A DNA stretch of 64,000 bases, taken from NCBI GenBank assembly GCA_045646345.1, contig JAZRKN010000011.1, positions 32,001-96,000 of the forward strand. The letters run 5' to 3'. Shown one piece after another: positions 21,001 through 32,400 of this stretch. Under the pieces are notes generated by a model. The model had not been told where the DNA came from. It ran no database searches and was given only the letters and a program-made list of their open reading frames with translations. The position numbers were made by a program, and so were the translations under genes. The stretch is from Candidatus Scatovivens sp. GTDB lineage: Bacteria > Bacillota > Clostridia > TANB77 > CAG-508. Positions within the stretch are counted from its first letter, which is position 1. Each line of letters begins with the position of its first letter.

Positions 21001-23949
21001 TCAAAATTTAGAGATAATGGTGTAAATTACACTTCTTATGGCTATAATAAATTATTTATTAGTGGAATGGATGGAGAATTTATTTCTGAGGATAATGGAC
21101 TAGATATCTATGTAAAATATACATTAGATAAAGATAAAGCAACATTAGAACAAAACAATAGAAACTATGCAGAAACAATATCTAAGAAAGATTTACAATA
21201 TACATCTGCAAAATTAGGTGATAATTATGCAACATATACACAAACAATTACTGTAGAAGAATCAAGTTCAACAGTTGAAGTTGAAAGATCTCTAAAAATA
21301 ATGGAAAGTGTATTAAGAAACAAAGCAATTGAAAGAGGTATTGAAAATATAGCTCAAGTTAATGCATATTCAGTTTGGTATGATAATGGAGAACCAGCAT
21401 CATTGGTTGATAGAAACTCAAATGCAGGTAACCAAATAAATCCAGATGATATTTCAACTTATGAAGACACAACTTATAAGACTGGTATAGCAATAGTTGC
21501 AAGTGGAACTGGATGGGATAAAGAAGACGCATTATCAAATATACATGAAGATATTGAATTTAATATAATTCCAGATATAACAAGACACATAAATGGTGTT
21601 GTTTGGGATGATGTAAGAAATGATACTTTAGGAACAGGAAATGAAGTACAACATGTTGGTGATGGTTTGAAAAATAGCGCAGCACAAAATAACAAAGATT
21701 TAATGAACGAAAATGTTGAGTTAAATTACAGACCAGAAGATAACATTAAAGAAGATAAAGACTTCGGTATAAGAAATGTTAAAGTAGAATTTATAGAAAT
21801 TGTAAAAATGCCAGATGCTTCTAGTGAAACAGGAGAACGTTATTACGAACAAATATTAGAAGAAGTAACTTGGGATCAACAACAACACATAAGAACAAAT
21901 ACAGATGGTAGCTATGAACTATATGGTTTAATACCAGGTACTTATGTTGTAAGATTTACATATGGAGATGTTGCAGATGTGAATATTGGAAAACTAGGAG
22001 AAAACTTTAATCCTAACGATCCAGTTCAAAAAGATATGCTTATCTTCAATGGCCAAGACTATAAATCAACTAAAGCTCAAGTAATAACAGAAACAAGAAT
22101 GGATGATATATTAGATAAACTTGAGATTGAAGGTGGATCAGATGCTAGAGACGATGAAAGAAGAAGACTTGAAGTAAATAGCTATTCTGAAGTAATGACA
22201 AATCCAAAAGCCGAAATCCTAAAAGGTGTAGGTAATGGTAAACAAAGAGCTGATAATACATATTTAACAACAAACAAAGAGAAAAATTCTAATACGGAAT
22301 TAGCTGTATTAGTAAATAAAACTCATATGTTTGCAGAGACTGTAGAATTCTTAGTAAAACCAGAGAAATTAACAGAAGACCAAATTAATCAAAGAGAGGC
22401 TGAATTAAGAGCGTTGCTAGGTAATGATTATGAAGTGTCTTATGAATTCTTGCTAGATTTATTAAAAGATGAAAAAGTTAACAGAGAATTTAAAATCAAT
22501 CATATTGACTTCGGATTAGAATATAGACCTGAATCAGAAATAAGACTTGTAAAAGAAATTGAAGAAGTTAAGTTAATTACAGAAGACAAACAAGTTTTAG
22601 TAGATTTATTCTTCTTGACAAAAGGCGAAGGAACAGATACAAAACATGAGATTGATAAAGAAAGATCTAAAGGTTTAGAACTAATTCAATTTGTATCAAA
22701 TAACTATAATATACTATTAAGTAACTTGACAAATGAAGAAAGACAAGGTTTTGTGTTCGTACAAATTGATGAAGAAATTCTACAAGGTTGTACAGTTCAA
22801 ATCAACTACAAATTTGAAGCAGAAAATAACAGTCAAGTAGATAGAATAGCAGTAAATCTAGAGAAGATAAGATACAAAGAAAATCCAGCAGCAAAAGATT
22901 TATTAGCTGAATATCCAAAAGCTGCAGAATTAGCTAAGACAGACTATACTGCATCAGGAGTTGCTGCCAAAGCTGTAGAAACTGATATGTATATGAGAGA
23001 GCCAGATGGACAAAAACTAGAATACAGAATCAGACCAAAAGTTTTAGTAAGCGAAGGTGCAACAGCAGAAGAAATGAAAGAAGCATACTATGGTAGATTT
23101 GTAGGATATGGTTACTATACTGGTGAAGAATCAGATTTAGATACAATTGCAAGTTTAAAATTTGATAAGATAATGGATTATGTAGATGTTAACTTAGAAT
23201 ACAAACAAGATTCTGAGCTAGATCTTACAACAGATAAATTCTGGACAAGAGTTAAGACTGTTGACTTAAAAGACCATTTGAAACAATTAATAAAACTTGA
23301 TGAAGCTGATATTAAAGAACTTCAAAATGGTAGAGGATACGATTACAAGACATTGTTAGTATCTGTAGATGACAGAATTAAAGATGATGCATATACAGTA
23401 AAATACACAAGCATGAAAGACGAAATAACAGATACAAATCCAAGCATTAGAAATAATGACTTATCAAGATTCTTATTACCATTAAATACAGTAGCAGATA
23501 AAAACAATAAAGAAGAAAGAGCTAAGGCTGTTGCTACAATCAGATTACCACTTACAAAGGTATTATCTGCAGAATCTGATAAAGATGATATGACTTATGA
23601 AAACGTAGCTGAGATTATACAATTTACAACACTAACAGGTAGAAGAACAAACTTTGCTACAACAATTGGTAACGCAGATATTGCAGGTACTGTGCCAGAT
23701 GAGACAAAAGGTGAAAGAGAATTCGTAGCAGCTATAACAGAACACGATACAGCAGCAACAGAAACTGTTACATTAATACCTCCAACAGGTTTAATGAGAA
23801 ACAGAAGAGCTATTGTAAACGTAGTTCAAGCTACTTCAGTAGGTGTAGGAATTGTATTCATATTAGGAACAATTGCAGTAATATTAATAATGATTATAAC
23901 AATAGTATTGTTTGTAATCAGAAAATATAAGAAGAGACGTATTATATAA
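15085..23949 (+). CDS. Giant cell-surface protein with Cys/His-rich insert, DUF11-like and SdrD-B-like domains
   Basis: RBS aaggaggtg; signal peptide; GDRVTYK twice; ISGKVWLDKDRDG and INGVVWDD...DGSYELYGLIPGTYVVRFTY; IPPTG + TM + KKRR. Confidence 0.75.
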   Translation: MKTIKKICLLVLMLIITVSVIKYTVISNATEIEEQIISEEVIDVENNMTSEILPNMQEDTQGILEENSANLENAYGNELVSISENVSAITNVETEYVVKTTTTTNQIVNLINTFLNNSVNRPEGVYNYYTGVDIENWLERNIYTLPNIASLEYGETLDSYDEDAILEFPHNASITKNMNEYVEFDNSTWYRHSPKLKGKPTIFKEVYDNYVPANNSDIKTQVAYSNYNAKRIYPYWELGSIIGTNDLKDLNNHHDTQYVDAHRIPYILAFLEKGSENFMTSPSDAQKALWGATGAGSYQYSDLYKASKAVEYFLNVEKEDHPTSLNVKLPSGAQVGTVYSVTTADLDAMYEAIGGAGFVGEAQPEITFDKTAKVKVGPFVMGDYAYAISEYVEDFSGTDKDSKAKLEWPSIIAGIVGGKITLDDGTTMEIGTSSGSTAKICYTDWYNNVPYDYVASELGKSVGDVRGELRGSNAHYISVPKKEGTYGSGNKWNKMGANTKTSMGQAPAQVYDLKVTIREGGQDVDYPFPLPYSTFYIEIPVSACGHGNVLSSITFDYRTTEVTGEGDVIIVRAAKTTTSFSKDKNYTIIEGIFGIEETIEKPCTNYTHRGGCYCDGGHYSKTCHDCNCDDYCILDCSSDHHTSSCYTQKTCSDSNHKHDSSCTGKELTCTTSHAHSKPDCYKCCTCSGHYWTYSGVDCDGTCECDGHPNTVYCERNGEWAYCEHYHRECTTGYNEVELGPDGDGATHGGTVYGQPLVRIDEAKVKVGTYEYTKSVNVRLFSVINRSAKIVFVWHGWDEGVTYEGNENLSGFFDFTDFSYTDPKPAEVGDRVTYKVSYENKTADDYFAYVRANYPADITANSLTDIKVKTADLFDKGSALINKFFNLDLLNTTFIKPDANNMQHIVNTGASRTGSAKVLLKGRDTLNFFVQFIFTTDWKMNPNTNEYYSLVADITSRDGKAKSTTDMSIDFARRPYMNNIDFVRTKYNSGDPRHLGPVMTKVTWIPDTPKHKEYTVNINKYIYDVNHANGNTLYTMNASEERGINHDDSITNNTLNYDGVKAKHDAQEPLKQQNPVYVEYGDRVTYKIELSNTKIIDREEHPYYEPDKVYVTLVDELPLKYSELKYTIESIGEEGAEEQKAHLQVSTPPDKSTSGTRQKLTFKDIMIPKNGTTTITISLVVEEHTKGTVEQNRAYIDTNEGVYNFNRGDLRERQALEVCTITKHTKITGDSSDWYKLNDYKVDIDKYISSYRSEVHDRNEQSHFTQETPIIGKAGLSSFFENGTMVTGTTVAANEDTRRKGMSNTDKSNDPVQAEKTDDLIYTIKLQNLTKETSNSFVGGNKNRTAVRVSKVIEEISQGIDVKEVKAYIYYSSGSRKRDITQYLHITPDISDGATKYEFTLDHVYNTLLMQNEYVVFYVRAKVSESNMSLAKLTNKATLAVLTNINTPDTTDINSSSEDGRVVKEEQPGGYNENTITNSSSTEYIRMKDLVISGKVWLDKDRDGKMEAEDLSLLTDKEKELYKANGAMAGKAGVEVRLYREGQATPVRITYTDGSGKYTFSKSGGAWCENSFNGSGPNYNAGTNYQRIDKATGKDGFGNYTSGSAYIKYYIEFVYDGVLYKSTELYSRPDYDAMSRADQGMTNLTGGGNYNNNYLYDSNAAEKDDVRKTFNTKYEYVTYNAALTGPNGGTNPGGTLNFDKIGHTSLLKENPERAMTARTFINDETNEDNYLWLYTGSGVGGPNTEYLKYINLGLELREEVDISLTKDVYKVKTTINGETMEYSFNENYGLNGVGAGLGGSNPTANEYLNDFIIAKPYGLELYESDYKYRADQYFADKVIEYKGIASELNVEVTYRITVDNKPISDDDEVKKTKDYVTETNLLVKVNEIMDVYEDNFIKYGARPNNEITVKTKNAGGYLEDLKVKTIEAWYYKDVGDGNGNYRRLKEETPTQKPTYEEFAGGRYQKVDLIVSDASKFRDNGVNYTSYGYNKLFISGMDGEFISEDNGLDIYVKYTLDKDKATLEQNNRNYAETISKKDLQYTSAKLGDNYATYTQTITVEESSSTVEVERSLKIMESVLRNKAIERGIENIAQVNAYSVWYDNGEPASLVDRNSNAGNQINPDDISTYEDTTYKTGIAIVASGTGWDKEDALSNIHEDIEFNIIPDITRHINGVVWDDVRNDTLGTGNEVQHVGDGLKNSAAQNNKDLMNENVELNYRPEDNIKEDKDFGIRNVKVEFIEIVKMPDASSETGERYYEQILEEVTWDQQQHIRTNTDGSYELYGLIPGTYVVRFTYGDVADVNIGKLGENFNPNDPVQKDMLIFNGQDYKSTKAQVITETRMDDILDKLEIEGGSDARDDERRRLEVNSYSEVMTNPKAEILKGVGNGKQRADNTYLTTNKEKNSNTELAVLVNKTHMFAETVEFLVKPEKLTEDQINQREAELRALLGNDYEVSYEFLLDLLKDEKVNREFKINHIDFGLEYRPESEIRLVKEIEEVKLITEDKQVLVDLFFLTKGEGTDTKHEIDKERSKGLELIQFVSNNYNILLSNLTNEERQGFVFVQIDEEILQGCTVQINYKFEAENNSQVDRIAVNLEKIRYKENPAAKDLLAEYPKAAELAKTDYTASGVAAKAVETDMYMREPDGQKLEYRIRPKVLVSEGATAEEMKEAYYGRFVGYGYYTGEESDLDTIASLKFDKIMDYVDVNLEYKQDSELDLTTDKFWTRVKTVDLKDHLKQLIKLDEADIKELQNGRGYDYKTLLVSVDDRIKDDAYTVKYTSMKDEITDTNPSIRNNDLSRFLLPLNTVADKNNKEERAKAVATIRLPLTKVLSAESDKDDMTYENVAEIIQFTTLTGRRTNFATTIGNADIAGTVPDETKGEREFVAAITEHDTAATETVTLIPPTGLMRNRRAIVNVVQATSVGVGIVFILGTIAVILIMIITIVLFVIRKYKKRRII

Positions 23950-23968
23950 AATAGTTTCTAAATATAAG

Positions 23969-24000
23969 AAAAGCGCTTAGAGAAATCTAAGCGCTTTTTT
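23969..24000 (+). terminator. Intrinsic terminator
   Basis: aaaagcgcttaga-gaaa-tctaagcgcttttt. Confidence 0.9.
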
Positions 24001-24314
24001 CTTATGCTTTTTAATTTAAAATGAAAAATGATATAGCAAAATATAGGTGGGATTCTTTTTAAAATGACTTTTAAGAGGAAAATAGAAAACAGCAATGAAA
24101 TTATATTAAAACAAAGGAAAGTATGTTAAATTTGAATTTGGAACTTAAACAAGGTTAAATAAAAACATAAAAAATTTTTGAAAAAATAATTAATATTACA
24201 AATAAATTAAAATGTTAAAAGTATATTAAAATAGCAAAAAATAGCTTGTTTTACTGCAGTGTTATATGTATAATAAAATTGGAAAAAATTAATAATATGA
24301 ATAGGAGAAAAGTA

Positions 24315-25463
24315 ATGAACAGTAAAGAATGGAAAAGATGGCTGTTTTGGTTTTCTTTTGCAGTTGCTGCTATAGTTGTTTACAAAACAATTGATAGTGT
24401 TGCTGAAATTTTTGTGGCTATTGGAAGATTTTTTAATATTCTGAAACCATTTTTAATGGCATTCTTGGTGGCGTATATTTTGCATATACCATGTAGAGGA
24501 ATAGAAACAAAAATCAAGAAAACAAAAATTAAAATTATCAGTAACCATGCAAGAGGTCTTACAGTATTTTTAGTATATCTTATAACAATCTTAATTATAT
24601 TTGTAGGAATCAAGTTTATATTACCAAGTGTATCAAGTAGTATAACAGATCTTGCAAATAATATTCCGAATTATTATAACAATGCAATTGATTACTTTAA
24701 TAATTTAGATGAAGAATCTTTATTATATAAATTAAATATAAAAGAATATGTAGGAATGCTTCAAGATATTAAGATTGAAAGAGAAATTATAAAATGGATT
24801 AATATAGAAAATATTAGTTCATATATACAAGGAATAGTAGGGGCAACAAATTTAGTATTTGATGCATTTGTTACTATAGTAGTTTCAATTTATATGTTAA
24901 TAGAAAGAAGCGATATAAAAAGTTTCTTATATAATCTTTCAAAAGCAATTTTTGATAAGAAAACAAATGAAACTATTGCAAAATATTATAACAAAACTAA
25001 CGAAATTTTTTATAATTTCTTTACAAGTCAATTAATAGATGCATTTTTAGTTGGAACAATAGTATCTATAGTTATGAGCTTAATGAAAGTTAAATATGGG
25101 GTGTTATTAGGATTCCTAATTGGTTTATTTAATATTATTCCTTATTTTGGAGCTATAGTAGCTGTAATGATTGCTATTATAATAACTGTGTTTACAGGAG
25201 GTTTAGTTAAAGCTCTTTGGGTTGCATTAGTTGTAGTATCATTCCAACAAATAGATGCAAACATAATTAATCCAAGAATTTTAGGTACATCATTAAATTT
25301 AAGTCCAATTTTAGTAATTTTCGCTGTAACCTTCGGGGGAGCGTATTTTGGACCGATAGGGATGTTTTTAGGAGTTCCAGTGTGTGCCCTTTTAAAGGTA
25401 TTATTACTGGATTTCATTAAATATCAAAATGATAAAAAAGCAATGTTAGAAAATGAAAATTAA
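24315..25463 (+). CDS. AI-2E (PerM/UPF0118) family transporter
   Basis: RBS aggag before ATG 24315; multiple TMs; FNIIPYFG, QQIDANIINPRILG, GMFLGVP motifs. Confidence 0.9.
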   Translation: MNSKEWKRWLFWFSFAVAAIVVYKTIDSVAEIFVAIGRFFNILKPFLMAFLVAYILHIPCRGIETKIKKTKIKIISNHARGLTVFLVYLITILIIFVGIKFILPSVSSSITDLANNIPNYYNNAIDYFNNLDEESLLYKLNIKEYVGMLQDIKIEREIIKWINIENISSYIQGIVGATNLVFDAFVTIVVSIYMLIERSDIKSFLYNLSKAIFDKKTNETIAKYYNKTNEIFYNFFTSQLIDAFLVGTIVSIVMSLMKVKYGVLLGFLIGLFNIIPYFGAIVAVMIAIIITVFTGGLVKALWVALVVVSFQQIDANIINPRILGTSLNLSPILVIFAVTFGGAYFGPIGMFLGVPVCALLKVLLLDFIKYQNDKKAMLENEN

Positions 25464-25502
25464 CATGAATATTACATGGTGAAAAAACAATATAAAACAA
25501 TA

Positions 25503-25542
25503 AACCCTAGTGTTATATAAAAATAGCACTAGGGATTTTTTT
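25503..25542. terminator. Terminator between convergent genes
   Basis: ccctagtgttat-ataaaa-atagcactaggg with T tract. Confidence 0.75.
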
Positions 25543-25582
25543 TATTTATTAAATTCTATGTTGTTTTTTTATAATACTTGTT

Positions 25583-26170
25583 TTAATAAATAACAAATGA
25601 ATTTATAGTATCATTAATTACATTTGTATAATTGTTTAAATCTTCTAAAGGAAATTCGATATCTAATGTGTAGTAAGCGTTTGCTGTTTCTATCCATATT
25701 ACTTGAAGATAATATGGGGTTTTTGAATTTAAGTAATGTAAAGAATATGTATAAGCTTTATTTTTGTTATAATCAAATTCGTTTAATTCAGAAATATTGG
25801 AGTAATTTGTAAATTCATTAATATAAGTTTTTAAGTCTGCTGAGGCAATATCATAAAGCGTTTTTTCAGGTAATATAGTATTCTTAGAAACAAAAATGTT
25901 AAGATTTTTGGATGTTCTAAGTTCCATCAAATATCCGTCTTTAGGGGCGTACTGAGTGAATTCATAAGTCTTAAGAAAATCTAAACTAATGGATTTATCA
26001 TCACTATAAAAGGTTTTATTAGGTTTTTCAGCTTCTATTTTTTCTTCTTCTTTTTTTGATATGTGAGATGCTGTAAATATAATTCCTAATATTAGTGCTA
26101 TGCCAATTAGTATTACAATAGCAAGCTTTTTGACGTTTATTTTTTTTCTAAATTCAAATATCTGATTCAT
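25583..26170 (-). CDS. Membrane-anchored protein, possibly PsbP-like fold
   Basis: RBS aaggag before ATG 26170; single N-terminal TM; C-terminal YYLQVIWIET...YYTLDI...INDTINSF pattern. Confidence 0.55.
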   Translation of the reverse strand: MNQIFEFRKKINVKKLAIVILIGIALILGIIFTASHISKKEEEKIEAEKPNKTFYSDDKSISLDFLKTYEFTQYAPKDGYLMELRTSKNLNIFVSKNTILPEKTLYDIASADLKTYINEFTNYSNISELNEFDYNKNKAYTYSLHYLNSKTPYYLQVIWIETANAYYTLDIEFPLEDLNNYTNVINDTINSFVIY

Positions 26171-26409
26171 GTTTTCTCCTTTAATATTAATATGATAATT
26201 TATTTTAATAAAAAAATCAATAAAGTAGCGCAAATATGAAAAAGAGGTTTTTTAGGCGATTTCTGTAATAAACAGGATTCTTTGCGGAAATAAAGACTTG
26301 CTGGTAAAAAGGTCGTTTTTTACAAAAAAGATATGTAAAAAATATACATTTGTTAAATCCTCTGAAAGCTATTTCCTTAAGTATATCTGAAGGCTTCCAA
26401 ATACCCCCA

Positions 26410-26437
26410 TTGACTCTGAAATTCTTACTTATATAAT
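26410..26437 (+). promoter_or_regulatory. SigA-type promoter
   Basis: TTGACT-16bp-TATAAT about 50 bp before the start. Confidence 0.55.
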
Positions 26438-26487
26438 TAATATAAATTATTTAAAATATAAGGAATATTAATTTTGGAGGAAACAAA

Positions 26488-29400
26488 ATGAAGTTTAATT
26501 TGAAGGGGAAAAAGTTAATACTATTAATTGCTTTGCTAATCTTTTTGGCAACAATTGCAATTTTTGGAATTAGCAGTAAAGAAATCAGCTTTATAAGCGC
26601 TATAACTAAATCAAGTAAAGATTTACAGTATTATGATGAGAATACTGTTTTTGTTCTGTTCACAAAATATTTAGATGAAAATCAATCAGTTATAGCAGCT
26701 ACTTCAGTTCAAACTCAAACAGTAGACAAATTAGATTACAAAGTTAATATTCCTCAAATAGATGGATACACTCCTCTTGTTAACGAATTAGAAGGTGTTC
26801 TTGATAAAGAGGGAATGGAATATTTAGAGTCATTAGATTATGTAAAAGTAGTAAAAAAAGAAAATATATATAATATTTACATAACAATTACTTATGACGC
26901 TGCAGCATCTGCTTATTCTGTTGTTTACTATGAACAAAAAGCGGACTTAAGTGGATACACAGAAGTAAGCAGAGAAAATTTTGGTGGAACAACTGGAAAT
27001 TATACAGGAGAAGTTTATACTGGTGATGAAGTTACAATAACACCTGAAGAAAAAACAGGATTTATATTAAATACTGAAAAAACAAAATTAAATGGTAAAG
27101 TAGAAGCTTTTGGTAAAAAAGAATTTGGAATTTATTATGATAGAAAACCATATTATTTATATACATTCAATACGGGTGATTCTTATTATGAACCAATGAT
27201 AGTAAAATATGGGCAAGAGATAAATTTAACAGAAGAACCAACATATAGTGGATATGTATTTGATGGTTGGAAATATTCTACTAGTATGGATGGAGAAAAA
27301 ATTGAAAAACCATCAACAATGCCTGCTTATAATATTTATGCAGAAGCACAATGGATTAGATCAGATACACATTATACATTATCATATTATACTCAAAATC
27401 CAGATGATGATGGATATACTAATATAGGAACAGCAGAAGTGGCTGCGGTGAGCGGTGATAATTTAAAAGACAAGGATCAAGCTAGCTTAAAAACAATTAT
27501 AGAAAATGGATTTAATACAGCAAGAGGAGATACAGCAGAATATTATTATTACAATGAAGAAAAAACAAAAACAGAAAATAATGATTTTGATATAGTGGTT
27601 CAAGGTAAAGGTATAACAGTTGTGCCAATATATTTTGATAGACATTTATACAATATAACATTAGATTTTGATGATGATGATTATTCAACTAGTGCATTAG
27701 TTACTAAAAATGGAGAAACACATACAGGAAGTTATACATTCCAAGCAAGATATGAGCAAAATTTATTAAAAGATTGGATAACAGCTAATGATTTTACAAC
27801 ATTCCCAAAAAGTTCTAATAGAACATATTATTTTAAGGGATGGCAGGCTGATGGAAATTCAACAACTTATGTTTCTTTGAGATTAAATTTGACATCAACA
27901 ATGATTGAAGATGCAGATTCAGATAGAAATATAGTATATAATGCTCAATATTCTACTTCTAGTACGTCAAGACAATTGATATACTTATTTGAAAGTTTTG
28001 ACCAAACTTCAGCAGCTTCTGGAGACACAAGAAGAAAATATAATGGAAAATTTTACGATGAAGCAAGTGAATATCGACAAACTGTATATACTAGTTCTTC
28101 AATGAGTGCTAAAGAAATTACAGGTGTTACAAGTATAGGACAACAATCAAGTAATGGAAAATATTATTTTTATTATAATAGAAATGTTTTAAAAATAACA
28201 CTTTATAATATGAACAATGTTCATATTGAAAAAGAGTTACTTTATGGACAAGGAATGGAAGAGTTCGTAGATACACAACTAAATCCAGAAGACTTTAGTT
28301 TGGAGACTCCAGGAACAAAAGATTGGATTTTTGAAGGATGGTATCAAGATTCTAACTTTAAAGTACCAATGGTATGGACAAATGATGATGGAACTTATAA
28401 AACGATAACAGATAATTTGGTGTTATATGCTAAATGGAGCGCACCAACATATACCGTTACATTTAATACAAATGGTGGTACTTGGACTGAAACAGATTCA
28501 AGATATGTAAAAGTTGATAATAATACTTATACATTAACAGTTGAAGAAGGAGAAAGTTTAATAAAACCAGCAAATCCTACAAAAATGGGAAATGTTGCTT
28601 CTGCTTGGAATTATGATGTGAATTCTGAGAGTGTTGAATACTTATTTAGTGATTCACAAAAAGTATATTCAGATTTGACATTAGATTTACAATATACACC
28701 AAACGCAAATATTCCTTACAAAGTTCGTTATATAGAAGCACAATATAAAGATGGAGTATTATTAGAAGATGTATCTCAATATACAAATATTGTAGATTTA
28801 GCTCCTGCGAAAGAAGTTTATAATAATACATTTGGAAGCACAGTATCTGAATTACCTTTAGATATCTATGATAATGAGAACGAGGATAATTATTTTGTTG
28901 TTAATTTGAGAAGTGAAGAATTAACATTAGTATCTGAAGATATTGAAGATAATGTAATTTACTTTATGTATGCGAAAAATCCGATAGTACCATATACAGT
29001 TTACTATGTAAAATATCAAGAAGATTCAAATGGAAATCCAATTAGATATGATTTTGGAGATATTCCATCAGATGATGTTTTATTAGGAAAGAAAAGTAGT
29101 ACAGTTGCTGCAGGATATGCAACTGAAATTGCAAATGATATAGATGGATGGACAATAAATGGCTCATATTCACAAACAATAAAATTAACATTAAAAGCAT
29201 CTGAAAATACAATGTATTTTTACTATAACGAGAATGAACAAGGAGAATATTTAATCAATTTCTTCTTTATGAATTCAAATGGACAATATGAAACAACACC
29301 TAATTATACATATAGAGCAGAAGAGGCAGCAGGAAAAGTTTTGTACGGAAAAGATTTTGATAAATTTACTTTTGTAGGTGGTGCTACAGAAGCAGATTAT

Positions 29401-32400
29401 GATGGTAGATATTATGATTTAGATAAATGTCAAGATGCATATCTGATTGTTACAACAACAGAAGAAACAAGTGCTATGGATCTTTACTTTGCAAATAGAA
29501 CAGATTTAAGTTATACAGTGAAATATCAAGACGAAGAAGGAAATTCATTATTAGCAGATAAAGTTGTTAATAATTTAATGTATTCTTCATTAGTAACAGA
29601 AGATGCTCCTGCAATAAATGGATATAATGTAGTAAATAACGAAAATAGAAAATCAATTACAATAGGAACAAATACAAATGAAATAATATTTACATATGCA
29701 AAAAGAACAGACTTAAAATATACTGTAAATTATTATTTGGAAGGTACAAATACACCTGTTACATCAGCTAAAGTTGTTACAGGTCAAACATTCCAAGCTA
29801 GTATAACAGAAAATGCAATAGATATAGACGGATATACAAAAGTAGCTCCTATAACAGATACAATAGTTCTTGGAACTGGAGAAAATGTAATAAATTTCTA
29901 CTATAACATAAGAACAGATTTGAGTTATACAGTAAAATATTTAGAACAAGGAACAAATACAGAACTTAAAACAGCAAAAACAGTAAATAATATGACATAT
30001 AAAACAACTGCAACAGAAGAAGCAGTTGATGTAGAAGGATATGATAAAGTAAATCCTTCACAAAAAACAATAACAATAGATGTAACAGGAAATGAAATTG
30101 TATTTTATTATACAAAGAGAACTGACTTAAGCTATACAGTAAGATACTTAGAACAAGGGACAAATACAGAGGTTGCGGCAGTTAAAACAGTAAATGGACA
30201 AACATTTAAAGCAATAATAACAGAACAAGCAAAAGATATATCAGGATACAACAAGGTTGCACCAACAAGTCAAACTATAACAATAGATGTAACAGGAAAT
30301 GAAATTGTATTTTATTATACAAAACGTACAGATTTAAGTTATACAGTAAAATACTTAGAACAAGGAACAAATAACGAATTATCAACAAAAACTGTAAATA
30401 ATAAAACATATCAATCAAAAGTAACAGAAGAATCTATAGATATAGCAGGATACAATAAAGTAGACCCAACAGAAAAAACAATAACAATAGATGTAACAGG
30501 AAATGAAATTGTATTCTATTATACAAAAAGAACAGATTTAAGTTATACAGTAAAATATTTAGAACAAGATTCTAATGTAGAATTAAAAGAAGAAAAAATA
30601 GTAAATGGACAAACATTTGAAGCAACAGTAACAGAAGCTGCAGTTGATGTAGAAGGATATGATAAAGTAAATCCTACAGAATCTTTAGTGATTAAAGTAA
30701 CAGGAAACGAAATTGTATTCTATTACACAAAAAGAACAGACTTAAGTTATATAGTAAAATATTTAGAACAAGATTCTAATATAGAATTAAAAGAAACAAA
30801 AACAGTTAATGGACAAACATATAAATCAATAGCAAAAGAAAACGCTATTGATATAGAAGGATACGATAAAGTAGAACCAACAGAAAAATCAGTAACAATA
30901 GAAGTATCAGGAAATGAAATAATATTCTACTATACAAAGAGAACAGATTTAAGCTATACAGTAAAATACTTAGAACAAGGTTCTAATATAGAACTTAAAG
31001 AAACAAAAGTTGTAACAGATCAAACATTTGAAATGGATGTTACAGAGAATGCAGAGGATATTTCAGGATATGACAAAGTAAACCCAACAACTCAAACAAT
31101 AACAATTAAAGTGTCAGGAAATGAGATTGTATTCTACTATACAAAGAGAACAGATTTAAGCTATACAGTAAAATACTTTGAACAAGGAACAAATGAAGTA
31201 TTAGCTGATGAAAAAGTGGTTAATGGACAAACATATAAATCAGTAGTAACAGAAAAAGCAATTGACATCTCAGGATATGATAAAGTAGACCCAACAGAAA
31301 AATCAATAACAATAGAAGTGACAGGAAATGAAATAATATTCTACTATACAAAGAGAACAGATTTAAGCTATACAATAAAATATTTAGAAGAAGGTTCAAA
31401 TGAAGTATTAGCGGATGAAAAATTGGTAAATGGACAAACATATAAATCAGTAGCAAAAGAAAACGCTATTGATATAGAAGGATATGACAAAGTAGACCCA
31501 ACAGAAAAAACAATAACAATAGAAGTAACAGGAAACGAAATAATATTCTACTATACAAAGAGAACAGATTTGAGCTATACAGTAAAATATTTAGAAGAAG
31601 GTTCAAATGAAGTATTAGCTGACGAAAAAGTTGTAAATAGTCAAACATATAAATCTGAAGTAACAGAAGAAGCGATTGACATCTCAGGATATGATAAAGT
31701 TGACCCAACAGAAAAAACAATAACAATAGAAGTAACAGGAAACGAAATTGTATTTTATTACACAAAACGTACAGACTTGAGTTATACGGTTAAATATTTA
31801 GAACAAGGAACTGATAAAGAAGTTTCTACAATCAAAACAGTAAACAATAAAACATATAAATCAGCAGCAACTGAAGAAGCTATTGATGTAGAGGGTTACA
31901 ATAAAGTAGATCCAACAGCAAAAACAATAACAATAGAAGTGACAGGAAATGAAATAGTATTCTATTATACAAAAAGAACAGATTTAAGTTATACAGTTAA
32001 ATATTTAGAACAAACTACTGGTAGAGTGCTAGCAGAAGAAAAAGTGGTAACAGGAAAAGCATTTAAAGAAACTGTGACAGTAGAAGCTGTTGATGTTGTT
32101 GGTTTTGCAAAAATAAATCCAACAGAATCTTTAATAATAGAAGTTGCTGGAAATGAAATTATTTTCTATTATAAAAAAATAGATGGATTAAGCTATACAG
32201 TAAATTATTTAGAACAAGAAAATAATCAATTAATAGCAACAAGTAAAATTGTTGATGGAAAAACTTTTGAGGAACAAGTAAAAGAAGAAGCAATTGATGT
32301 AGAAGGATATGATAAAGTAGATCCAATAGAAGCATCAATAGTAATTGGTGTAGGAGAAAATGTAATTAATTTTTATTACACAAAGAGAACTGACTTAAGC